In this document: positions 41,865-54,100 of the stretch, one piece after another
How the letters are laid out: every line of letters begins with the position of its first letter
Position numbering within the stretch: position 1 is the stretch's first letter
DNA from: Glaucostegus cemiculus
Taxonomy: Eukaryota
DNA: 64,000 nucleotides
Direction: 5' to 3'
Assembly (NCBI GenBank): GCA_976551045.1
Contig: CDPCPM010000014.1
Location: forward strand, 38,502,001 to 38,566,000
Translations under genes and position numbers: made by a program
Notes under the pieces: model-generated
Database searches by the model: none
What the model was told of the DNA's origin: nothing
The model's input: the letters and a program-made list of their open reading frames with translations, nothing else

Positions 41865-41927
41865 CTTTGGAGCAGACTCGATGGGCCGAGTGGCCTGCTT
41901 CTGCTCCATTATCTTGTGATCTTGTGA
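41865..41927 (+). mobile_element. CR1-type 3' tail
   Basis: gcagactcgatgggccgagtggcctgcttctgctccattatcttgtgatcttgtga. Confidence 0.65.
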
Positions 41928-43017
41928 ACAAGCTGCTAAGCTGCTTTTGGTGGTATTTTTGTGGTGCTGATTAGGTTTGAGAATTTTTAGTTAGTTACTA
42001 GCAATGAGTTACCAGTACAGAGCAGCAGCCAACAACTGTGTAACAATAACAACCTATATTTGTATAATAAAAGGAGAGAACTAGTTGTAAAGGATAAATG
42101 GGATGGGAAGGTCGACATCCACAACAAGGATATGAAATCAATGAGATGCATAGTGTAATTAAAACTCAGGTTAAACATCACAGTGATTTCACCAATTGTA
42201 CAGATGTATTCATTACTAGTGCTATATACATCAATTCATTCTTTTCTTTGATGTATGTGAAAGTGGGGAAAACCTGCAGTTATAAATAGCAAGGGCATGA
42301 CTTTACTGTGAAAATAAATCATGCAAACAGTAAACCAGAGCTCTTGCTTGGTGAAGGGTTATGGCAAATGTAAAAGAGTTATCTTAAGACTGATGAACTC
42401 TATTTGGTTTGGAGCCAATTTTATTCATCTGTGTAATTGGAATGGAAATGGTCCAATCAGGATTTGATTTTCAAGCACATCTAAGGGAGTGTTCTTCTAG
42501 AAGAATAGATGAAAAAATACTGCAAATAATTGGCCTTTTCCAACAATGGTTGGAATAGCAGCATCTACGTCCATAGAGCAGTTTAATTCTGAGCCTTGTT
42601 TTAATGTGCCACTGCTGCACACTGTGAACACCTGTAGCATAAAAGAGGCCCACAATTATCATAATTAACAAGTTTGGCACCCTCATTTTGTTCTTAATTA
42701 ACACCTGTAAATTGTAATTGAAAGGGATGCTTTTGTAGCAAACTTTCATTTTGTGAACAGACCTTCCCTCTAGTGGAGGGTAAGCTCAAAGGTGAGGTAC
42801 CAACAGTGATGTGGGCTCAGTATGTTACGGTTACTTTGCTAGCAGTGTCCTTATGTGTTCTCCATTGTTTGTAGCAACAAAAAGAACAACAACAGTCCCT
42901 TGGAACTTGAAGGGCCAATTGGCTTGCTCCTGCTTCTTTAACGTCACAATTAAAATGTATACCTGACAACGAAAGTTAAGTGTTCCTTATACTGGCAATC
43001 ATTTGAATTTAAAGAAA

Positions 43018-43605
43018 ATCAAAAGACTGCAGATGCTAGAAATCTGAAACAAACAGAAAAATGCTGGAAATACAGCAGATTAGGTAGCTTTTGTGGAACG
43101 AGAAACAGATAAAATTTCAGGCTGAAGATCTTTATCTTCTGACTTGGCACATTGAAGTTTTTTGGACTCTATCAAATTCAGCAATTTAAACTTAATTCAC
43201 CTTCTCTGTTTGCGTCAGAATTGGCCATTTCAACTTTAAGTCATTCATCTGTGATTTTTGGGACACTTCTCCACTTGTACATACTTTTTTTTTCTTATTC
43301 TTACTTCATAACTGTCCTCATTTCACAGCATTTGTTCATTTTTTTTCTCTAACTGCTATCATTAAACCACCAACTGGATGACCTCTACGATTTGTCCCAA
43401 TGGTAACCCTGGTCTTAACCTATCAGAGGTATCCCCTTTGACCCATGCCTCCTCCCTCAGCCCTCTCTGCTACTTATTGTCAACTTGTTTCATCTTTTCC
43501 CACTTCTAAAAAAAATGTTATCTGCATGAAACGTTAGTTTTGATTCTTCTTCTGTAGATGCTGCCTAATCTGCTCTGTATTTTCAATGTTTTCTAATTTA
43601 ATTTG
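43018..43605. repeat. Penelope-associated element with inverted arms (43018-43140 and 43500-43605)
   Basis: Left arm ctgcagatgctagaaatctgaaacaaacagaaaaatgctggaaata; right arm gaaacgttag...tctgtagatgctgcctaatctgctctgtattttcaatgttttct. Confidence 0.7.
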
Positions 43606-46600
43606 AAATGAAAGTTTTACCCATTAATTTGGGCCAGGCTTTCAAAAGGGTTGAGGCTTTGGCGTTAATCCCATAACTGCAGGGATTGTGGAGGGGTGTG
43701 TGTGTGTGTGGTGGTAGTGGTTGTTAGCAGTGCAGCATATAGGAATTCCCAAGGTTTTTCTAATGATTCCCAATTCACTGTGTGTGTCTTTGGAACTGAA
43801 TCGGATGAATAGTGTGATTCTCCCACCCATTAGATGCCCCCACACACTCCCAATAGGTAATTTGGGGATATTTATCCAAGTTCATGTGTCTTTTGTATGG
43901 TCATTTGGGAAAATGCAGGGGGTAGCTATTAACCGTGTCTCTGTCAAGTACTGACCTTTCTTGAAGAGGAGGGAGATGAGCATTTTTTTAAATAAATTCA
44001 TTATCAATTCTTGTATTCCATATGCTGCCTTTGTCTTGATGAGAGCTTCTTGTCGAGGAAGACTGTGAGTTCACCCCATGTATCCAACCTTGCTTTGCCA
44101 TTTAAATCAAAGGGTGTTGATTATTTAGCAGAGGTGCTGTATATGAGACTGAAGAAGTTAGGCAGTGTTAGCAGAAGTATTTCCCTTGTCTTGAGAAGTG
44201 AAATGCTGCTTTGGCTGCTGATAGGACCTTCACACTGCTGCAGTGTTCTGTGGTGTGTTTGTGTTTCCTCTGCTCTTGAACAGATCTCTTGTAGAATATA
44301 CAGCAGATATAGATTGTGGTCACAATGCTTTACGTGGACTTCCTTTTTTTGCGAGTCCAGAAGCAGCTGTGTGTGTCTGTACACTTGGTCAGCAAACCCA
44401 GTTTATGGTTTTGATCTCAGAACACAGTGGCTCTTTCAGCACTGATTTCATTACAAAAAGTCAATGTTTTTGCTGAATGGTAGGCCAGTTTCTGTGGCAA
44501 ATAGCAGGAACTAAGAAATACCACGAGTAAAGATGGGAGTAATCACGTTGCCTGCTTTAACCCAGCAGTGTTTTTGTACCATCTGATTCTAGCGTAAAGC
44601 CCATGAATATTTGGGTCTTCTGAAGCCACTGAAACAGATCTGGTAATATTTAATGTTCATGGTGATCAAAACCCGGACCAATCCATGCAGTTCTTGATCT
44701 GAAGAACCCCACATGAGTTGCTTTTTTCCATTTATACATAAACTGTTCGATGAGGCTCCAGCTCTATTTTTTTTCCAGATTCGTTACATCTTGTTTTCAT
44801 TAGTGTCCTGCCTGAGCTTATCCCAGTAACTACTTACTATGTCTGAGCCTATCTGCATGGCGTGGAATCGTAATCCTTTCCCTATCATTAACTAGAGTTA
44901 GTTTATATTGTACTTAATTACATTCAAGCAAACTTCTTTCTATTGTAATCTCATGTGTAGCAGAACTGAACATGCCCCCTCGCTTATCTGCACTCAGTCA
45001 ATTTCTATATACTTTTGTTGTAATCGTTTATAGCAACTAATACATTATGCTCCTTAAGTATACCTAGTCATTGACTTATTATACAATATTGTATACTCAT
45101 ATCCATGAATAGAAAGAACTTACAATAGGGAGCAGTGAAGCACGTGGCCAATTCTCTCTCTAAGAAAAACAAAGCAAATGGAGCAGATGCAGGGAATCTT
45201 TCTGCACAGAATGATTTGGGGATTTCAATATTCCCTATTGTTCAATTTTAGAAAATATTTTTTCTCAAACCCATCATGTATTTATCACATGGGTAGGATA
45301 TATTAAGGAAGAAAAATCATCCAGAAGACCAGGAACATATTTCCTGTCTTAAAAGAAGAGAATATTTTTCACTAATGAAGCCATAAAATCAGTAAAAAAC
45401 TATTAAGTTGTTATCTTTAACAATTCAGTATGCTTTGTGTATCTTTTGAATGGTGGAGGGACATATGGTATATTTGCTAGTCTATTAAAAATACATTTCA
45501 ATACAGCTGCAAAACATGCTTCATTAAAATTCATTTCACCTTTTTCGGAGTGTGGTGCACAAGTCATCTTTGCAAAGCTGTTTAACTCTTCAGTAATTAT
45601 AGCTTTTAATTTATGACTAAAGTGGCAAACATTTAAAATCATCTAAAGCAACTATAACTAATAATGTTATTTCTCAACAAAGGGTCACCACCTTGTGGTG
45701 ACAGAGGAGGGGGAGTTAGTTTAATTATGCTCAAGAAATGGTTTGGCAACTTCATTTTTTTATCTTGGCTGGTAGCCATCAAATTATTGAATGTGTAGGA
45801 ATTACTGAGGGACTTTATCTTCATGATTAGCATGTGTGACTTGGAGAACTGGGGATTATCAATTTGCTACTTGGAAGTCACATAGGTGTAAGGAATGTGA
45901 GCCTTTGTGTTTAATTATCCCTAATGAGCCATATCAGACAGCAGGTATATGTAAAAGTGTACACCATACTTAGAGTGGAGTTGGGAAAGCTTCCTGCTGT
46001 GTGCATCTAAGAATCATTATTTGCTAACACAGGCAGTCATGTCAGCAGATTAAGGGAAATTTCATGGCAGGCTTTCATTCAGAGGTCTAGAGTCGAGCAG
46101 TATGGCAATAATTAATGTTGTGCATTCCTTTAATAACATGAGAGTTGCTTCTTGATGTTAGAATTATAGATGGTATGGCAGTGTGCCTTTGCCAATGAAC
46201 TTTCAATATACGTCTGACTGAATAGAAGGGCTATGTAAATTATTATTTGTTTTATTACCTCCTGCTGTAAGGCATTGTTAAAAATTGAATACATGCAACA
46301 GTGCAAAATTAATGGCTGTACTTTTGATAATGAGGGTTTTACATTTATATGATCTTAAAGAAAAACAAATGAATTACAATGCAGGTTTATTACTGAAATT
46401 TCTCAGTAAACTCTTCTTTCATGGTGCTACCAAGCTTACGCCTGTTTGTATAAATATATAGTGAACACTTCAAAATTTATAAAGTACATTTTGACATAAT
46501 GAATTGTTTATTTCTATCTTTCTTGTGGTGTTTTTCCGTATGTTATGCCAATAGATTCATTAGAAGGTGATAATTTTGGAAACAACTTTGCCATTCCTCT

Positions 46601-46679
46601 GTCAGTATGGAAGAATTTTGAGTGACTTATTTAAGTGAAAGTAACTTTGATTCAGTTCAGTACTTTAACTGGAACCATA

Positions 46680-47000
46680 GAAGCATAGATCGAGTGCACA
46701 GTCAGGGCGAAAATGTCTCAACAAGGAAGCATAATTTTAAGGTGATTGAAGGAAGCTATGGGGGGATGTAAGAGGCAAGTTTTTTACACAGAGAGTGGTG
46801 GGTGCGTGGAAAGCACTGCTGGCAGAGGTGGCGGGGGCAGATACATTAGGGACATTTAAGAGACTCTCAGATAGCCACATGAATGTTAGAAAAATGGAGG
46901 GCTATATGGAAGGGAAGGGTTAGATAGATCTTGGAGCAGGATAAAATGTTAGCACAGCATTGTGGGCTGAAGGGCCTGCACCGTGCAGTAATGTTCTATA
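46680..47000 (+). mobile_element. CR1 LINE 3' end
   Basis: FFTQRVVGAW-encoding tttttacacagagagtggtgggtgcgtgg and tail gtgggctgaagggcctgcaccgtgcagtaatgttctat. Confidence 0.85.
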
Positions 47001-48241
47001 AATTTGAGATTAAAGTCCATGTCCAGCAAGTAGTCACAAATTATTTAGTGTCCAGATGTACATGCATGCATATGGAAAGAATTTATTGTTTAACACTCCA
47101 TGACAAACCAGATTTTATAAACGCTGTGATCCATAAACCTTGTGAACCATTTATTTACGTGCATATACTGAGGTTTAGGAAGAAGTGGATGCTCTGCATT
47201 TGCAATGTATAGTCATAATATTAGCAATTAACTACTCCATGAATCGAAGCTCTACATATAATCAAGACAGTGGACATATTGTTCCTTTGTTACTGAACAG
47301 ATTAGGCACTCTGTTTCGGGTCTGCTGACTTACCACCAGCTTGTCTAAATGCTAACCCAGGTCCAGTAACACTGTGACATAACCACCAAGACTATGGTTG
47401 GGACTGCTGCAAGATGGTTCCTCCAGTAATATTATATTGACCTTTTTAAACAAGAATAGAGATTTTTAATGTATAGTCAGATATAAATAAATAAATGTTG
47501 AGACCTACTGTGACTCTTTAACTGAAAAAAAAATCTGCAATAAAGACCATCACAGGAGGGTGGTAGGTGACACATTCAAGAACCACGGGCATGGAACTTG
47601 GTCACTTTATGGAGCGAAGTTCCAAGTAGAAAGGAGTAAACTGTGCCATCTTCAATCAGTGGGTGGGTGTTAATCTGGAGGTCGGAGGTACACCTGAATG
47701 GACCAGACTGTCTTCTTGTGTCTGAAGAGAACTCATTGCGCCCCTCCTGAGTGCAGAATTGTCATCCAGGTTTACAAAAGAAAAGGGAAGAAATATAAAG
47801 GTCCTGGTGTTACTTCCATTTTGATGATCTTCACCGATCACTGAGCCTATTATCACCTCCTAATGAATCTATTGGCACAACATTTGGAAAAACACCACAA
47901 GAAAACATAGAAATAAACAATTATGTCAAAATTTACTTTATATATTTTTAAGTATTCACTTTATATTTATACAAGCAGGCTTACAAACTTGGCAGCATCA
48001 TGAAAGAAGAGTTTACTGAAAGATGTCAGTAATAATCCTGCATTGTATAGACAGAAATAATCTCCAAAAGATGTACAGTTTGGAATGTACAATAATATAG
48101 ATTCAAGTGTACGTGAGTTGAAGTAGATTTCATTATTGCAAACCAAATTTTTTTAAATGGGATGTTCTCTAAATAATTGTTGACAGAGGTCATTATATAG
48201 CACGTACTGTTTCTGTTAAAATTATATGTTTATTTTTGCAG

Positions 48242-48534
48242 ATTCCTGAAAGGTGATTTCCACATTGAAGTTTGCATCAATGATTACTTGGATGTTTTCT
48301 GCCCTCATTATGATGACTCTGTACCGGAAGACAAGACAGAGCGCTATGTTCTCTATATGGTGAATTACGATGGCTACAGCTCGTGTGATCACACCTCCAA
48401 AGGGTTCAAGCGATGGGAGTGTAACAGGCCTTATGCATCCAATGGTCCCTTAAAATTCTCTGAAAAGTTCCAGCTGTTCACTCCATTTTCATTAGGATTT
48501 GAATTCAGACCTGGCCGAGAATATTACTACATCT
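48242..48534 (+). CDS. efna5: Ephrin-A5 coding exon 2 (bulk of the Eph receptor-binding domain), 293 nt
   Basis: Acceptor ttatttttgcag|A and donor ATCT|gtgagt. Translates (R)[97 protein letters not shown](S), nearly identical to vertebrate ephrin-A5. [14 protein letters not shown] and [10 protein letters not shown] distinguish it from ephrin-A2. The G-H loop [18 protein letters not shown] is intact. Confidence 0.98.
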
Positions 48535-49571
48535 GTGAGTATTCTCCTGCTTCTGTTGGTTTCCCCAGCAATTTCAGAGTGATGTTGCACCACACAATGT
48601 TATTTCTACTGTAAGATCAGTGTTATTTATCAACTAATTTTAATTCACAGTTTTTAATTTCCCCATTATGCAGGACTAGAAATTCTTGTACTGCAGCATC
48701 TTTGTGTGTGCTTACTGGGAATTTAATCCAAAACCTGATGTTGCAAAGTCTTGCAGAGATTTGTTCCGGGTCCTCTGTCTGTACAACAGAGGCTATGGAG
48801 TACGATGTTAATCCATATTTGACCTTACCTATGCATCACCTAATTCTGTGAATAGTATAGGCCAGTCACACAGTAGGAGGCTTCATTGGAAGAGTAGAAG
48901 CTGCTCCTACTTAATCTGGTCTGCTGCTGTGGGAAAATATGAGGTAGGTGGGTCCTTCTGAAGAATTCTGCTTGGTGTCTGACTGCATTACCCAGCCTGT
49001 CCCCATCCATAGTGTAGCCTGTCTGCTGACGTCCTTTAGGCTACTGATTATATCTCTTATTCCTCCACATTCCCAATTCCTGGCTAATCATGCGTCAGAT
49101 CCACTACCACTCTGCAATCATTTTGATGCCTGATATCCCTTCCCCAAAGTTGCCCCTTATTTTGGAGGCTCCAAATCGCCCCCAACACTCTGCCACCAAC
49201 CAGGCTTAATCTTCCCCAGCTCCCCATTCCCAGCCCTAACCACTCCTGGGCATCTCAAAATCACTGCTCCTACTGTGATCTTTGGCCTACCACAGAACAC
49301 AGTGGAAAGTCCTTATGCGTGTTTCTGCATGCAGCTACTGTACAATCATACACTGTGCTCTTGTGCACAATTCAATGTTGTTTCTTAGGAGGCCCTGATC
49401 AAGAAAATGCTGGAAGACAATCATCCTAGTTTAGATGCCAATCGAAAGTTTTTGGCTGAGGAATTTTGATGAGCAGCAGTAGTATTTTCAGCACGTGAGA
49501 GAGGTTTTCCTCTGGAGCAGAACGCGATTGTGAAGTTTTCCATGCTGACTTACCCCACACTAGAAATTTGA

Positions 49572-49613
49572 CCATGGATTATTTGTCAAGTTCTAGCCAT
49601 GGATTATTTGTCA
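49572..49613. repeat. 17-bp direct repeat, 25-bp period
   Basis: ccatggattatttgtca at 49572 and 49597. Confidence 0.9.
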
Positions 49614-49699
49614 CGTTTTAACCACTTTCCATGTCAAATACCTACCCCCTTCTCGGTATAATGCTCCTTTGGAGAATTCCTGGAATGCTTAATTCTTCT

Positions 49700-49828
49700 A
49701 GGTTGATCGACTTTTCATTGGAAGATCACTGATCGTGTTTCACAGGCACTGTCTGACCTCCTGTGTCTTTCCAGCATTTTATTTGAATTTTATTTCAGAT
49801 TTTCAGCATCTGAAATATTTTGCATTTG
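49700..49828 (-). repeat. Penelope-associated repeat arm (reverse)
   Basis: ctgacctcctgtgtctttccagcatttt...tatttcagattttcagcatctg. Confidence 0.7.
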
Positions 49829-51014
49829 GAAGGCTTTAGTAGCACTGTTATCTCTGAAACGGCGGAGATAACTGCTATTAAAATGTTCTATGTTCTAAAA
49901 CTTCTGCAATAGGGGATCTCTCTGAACAGCTCCCAGTTCAGTATTATAATCCCAACTCAAGAAGCTTCCCCTTAATTTAAATTTTTAATTACTTTACTTC
50001 AGTGCATCCCACCATACACCACTGTTCTGACCCCTATCCTCCCCACAAAGAGTCTTATGACTCTTTGCTGACACCTCTGAGGCCCCGAGCCACCTGTGTG
50101 ATGGCCTTCCTGCATTCCGATTCAATGACTTGATCACCTCCCACCAGTTGTCTTTCCTGTCTGACCACTGCCCCCCACTTTACCCTCAGCCTAGATTCAC
50201 TCCAGCTCCTAGACTTGTTACTATTTTACTTCCCACATTCTGCAGCGTTGCAGTCCACAAATGGAAGTGTGTAAGACCCATTTAGCAGTGCCTGGCTTCT
50301 TGGATCTGACTGAATTTATATGCAATGGGCCTACGATCAGAAGCAATTGCTGGCATGCCACATGACAACCGATTAACACTGGCCTCTGTTCTTGAACGTT
50401 TCTATGATTCTGTCACTCGGATGCATTCCGAAGCAGTGAAAAATACTCAAATTATTAAAAACGTAAAAATAGAATTCAAGTATAAAACAGTTAAAATCAC
50501 TGAGAAACCAATCAAAAAGTTTAAATAAACAGAAGCAGTGTTTTGTTTTGAAAAGCAAATTAACCAAACCTTATCTTGATCCCTCAGTGGTTCTTCTCCA
50601 TTCAAATGAATGGAGACCCAGTTCCCATGATGTATTAGCAGGTTAGATTCCCCAGTGTGAGTACAGGGAACCTGCCACAGCTTTGCGCGCTGCCACGGGA
50701 CTCCACAAGGAGTCCAACATTAACATGCAGCCTGGAAAACACCGGCAAACAAGTTTGAATAAGTGCAGAATTGCCAGCATTTCCTTGCTAAAGTTGGGTC
50801 ATTGCCTTGAGTCTCTATTAAAGGTCCTGTAAGTGAGCATTGAAGTCCCCTCAATGTGAAATTATTCAGATAGGAGGGAAATATTTTATTAAACATCAAT
50901 CAACAATGGCAGTTTGGAGAATACCATTTACATAAAAGATCTTGTATCCAGAAATTGTACTTGAGGCAGCAGTACAATGAAGAGTAATTCACAACAAATT
51001 CAATTTCAGAATAA

Positions 51015-51165
51015 CACAAAAGCAAAATGCTGAGAGTTAGAAATGATGTTCAGGAATTATTCAGCTGCACCTGTGGGGAGAGAGAAGTATCAAGCTGAAA
51101 GGATAAGTTACTTTCCCCCTCTCATAGGCTGGGTGACCCTTTGAGCACCTTCAACATTTTGCTCT
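51015..51165. repeat. Degenerate palindromic copy of the same family
   Basis: aagcaaaatgctga...cctgtggggagagag / ccctctcataggctg...caacattttgct. Confidence 0.55.
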
Positions 51166-54100
51166 GAATTAACTCTTCCTCGCTTCTCATGAAAATGTCT
51201 CAATGCAAGCAAGCCATTAATTTTTCATCCACGCTAGTCCTCATACGTTGATTGCACTGAAGCTGAGATCACAACAATAGGTAGTCGCAACAAACAGATT
51301 TTTGCAGTAACTTTTAAAAATAATTGTGCATTTGGATTAGTAGCTTCTTCTATAGGAGTTGACCGTTTCAGGCGCTGGGATCAACTATTGGACGTTTATA
51401 ATGGATAACTAAGCACTTTCACTTTAGTTAAATAAAGCAGACTGTGTATATGTATTTGCCCTCAGCCCCCAACAGGAACTCAATTTAAGAGAGCTGACTT
51501 GTGTCCTTTGTGAGATTTTGTGTCCAAGCATCAAAATTTGCAAATAAATAGGCAGCCACAAAATTAAGTCAATGTGAGGTGGCCCATGTGACAATCCTGA
51601 ACTTTGCTATAGAATGGTACCATGGAATGTTCCTGTGCTGCCATAGCACCGCAGGGCAATGATTGACTGGAAGAGCGGAGGAAATCTAGTCAACCTCTTT
51701 AAAGAGCTTGCAATTTGAAATGCCAGAGAAGGTTAAACTCCATGTGGAGTCAGACAACTTTGTCGCTTGTATAGTTGTTTGTATTTTGTTCCTAGCACCA
51801 CAGTTCTGCCAGATACCCCACAGGTAACCCTAAAGCCCTGTTGCTTGGGTGTTGAGAGAAAGGACAATAACATTTAGTCTTACCGTTCACTGAGAAGATC
51901 AAGTGCAAGTGTCTGGATATTTGAAATGTCCCCGTGAGTAGTCAGACTAGGAACCATGGGAACCATTGAACGGAATAGGGAAGAGAGACACTTAGCTACC
52001 AAGTATCTGGCAGTTGTGGAAACCTTTATTTTATACATTTTTGATATTATGACTTTTTTTTAATTGGTGGATGTAGTCTTGTATTTTTATTGTATTTCAG
52101 AAGTGAAAGCCATGTGGGAATTCTCTAACTAATTTAATAACTGAGACTCCTAGAACAAAAGGTTATGGTCACTGGAGGAAATAAAGTATGTGAATGACTG
52201 AAGCAAAGTTTTTATTTTACTGAAATTAAATGTGCATTTGATGATAGCAAGCAGTGGTAGGTTATAGAAAAGTACATGGTTTTTGACAGAAAAGAAAGAA
52301 AAGGATCATAACAGATTTAATCTTTCTATAAAATAAATGTGGGAGCTAGTCATTTCTTTGGAAGTGTGCTGTAGCTATGTGCCCTGGGAAATTATAGCAG
52401 GTCTTAGAAGTATTGTGTTGGTTTGAAGTGGAAGAAATTCTTCCACTTGAATTCTCAGAGGTGCTAGTTAGTCCTGCTAAATCTCACCTCAGCTTAAAGT
52501 AGGGAGGAATAAAGCTGCCCAGAACACCTTTTGTTTCTGTCTTTCCCTAGGCTGTCTGTAAAAGAAACTCTCTGTTAAGCGCAGCAGCTGAGTTATGAAG
52601 GTTAAGTACAGAGCTGTGAAGATTGATCTGTGCAGATTCAGACATTCATTGTAAACAACTGTTGGGAAGGGGAAAAAAAACACTAACCCACTTCCAATAA
52701 ACTTTAACAGAATAAGCAATTTCTCTATTTAAATTAGTGCAATTTACATTGTCAAAGCACTTTCAAAATTGTGCTGTAGCACTCTCCTATTGAAAGTTTA
52801 CCCATTGATAAACTGATTCACTAAACCCAGTCAATGCCTCCTTTAGAGAAACTTAAGTGTTGCAGGAGTTCAGCGTTAGTCTGGGTAGCAGTGGACCTGG
52901 ACACAGGCAAGGTGACCTTAAAGCTGCAACCTGTGCCTTGATTGGGCCTTCTACGTACATTTATTTCAGCATTATCCAAAATAAATGGGTTCATATTAAT
53001 GGCAAGTAATTTTGCCATTTTTTAAATATATTAACACGTGCTGGCTGCCAAATGCAATGCTAAAAACATTTTTAACTGCCACAGTAAACAAAATAGTTAT
53101 TATAGTGCTTAGATAAAGATTAACTGTTCTGGCAATTCATTTAACAAAAACCCAATTTTACTTCAGTGTTCCAGTTCAGTGCAAGACATCACAATAAAGA
53201 TGATTTGTTGAGTCTCTGATAAAATTAGATGGCAAAGACAGGAGCTGGTGTAATTCATTCAAGCAAAAGAAACTAGTTAATCAACAAAACTCGTGTGGGA
53301 TAAAATCAAATTGAGGCAATATTTCTTAATTTTGGCAGTCCAGGCTTTCAGGTTTGAAAGGAAAATTACCCATTCAGCCAGTTGAAAAGAAGTCGATCTA
53401 AGATGTGTTTTGTTCACCCTTGTGTAAGAGGCATGGACATCAAATGGGTCCACTGTACAATACAGGAAGACTTTTCAAGTGCTTTACATCTGCAACCAGG
53501 CCTTTGGACACTTGATGAATGTTAATAAACAAAGGGAATTATATTGTGAAAATGGCCTATTTCTTATGGCATTGAGCTATAAATTAGTATATCTGATTTA
53601 AAAAAACCTCATAAATGATGATCTATCCCTTGAAGCTATTTCTCTTCTTTCAAACTAAAGTAAACAACAAATGATAGACATAAAGACCCTGAAGCAATTA
53701 TTTTAGTTTGTGTATATTTTATTTTTCCCAGTCATACTCCTAATTCATAGCAAGCATTGAAAATTCCATGTTTTTTTAATGATGAATTTCCCTTGGTTGG
53801 ACTGCCTTGATATTAGGGAAGATATGTATTTACTGACACTACCCACAAACATAACTGCCAACAATATTTTACCACGAGTTTCAATTATAGAACTGTATAA
53901 TGAATAACTGATGGATATTTTGTTATTTATATTCCATTGCACAGCTGTGTCTTCCTTCCCCTCCTGAGCAATAGAGCACACTGGCCATTTGTTGGTTAGT
54001 TCACATTTCACACTATGGGGAATTGAGAGTATGGAATATTTAGCAAAGAGGTCCATTTGCAGCAGCCACTGCATGCTTGGATTCTTCCTGGTCATTTAAC

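Larger units (their letters stand above)
1..48241 (+). other. efna5: 3' part of the very large efna5 intron 1
   Basis: No signal-peptide exon (ADRYAVYWNSSNP-type) found upstream of exon 2. Content is repeats plus unique non-coding DNA. A very long first intron is typical of EFNA5. Confidence 0.85.

Noticed and set aside
44011-44476. Cluster of overlapping 77-144 aa ORFs
   Set aside because: No recognisable domain or homology and no convincing splice context; consistent with chance.
48288-48614. ORF-track 108-aa protein as a standalone gene, or its read-through tail [26 protein letters not shown] as an alternative GPI signal
   Set aside because: The ORF starts at an internal TTG and runs past a strong gtgagt donor at 48535. 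The tail is intronic and would drop the exon-3 strand carrying a conserved cysteine of the ephrin fold.
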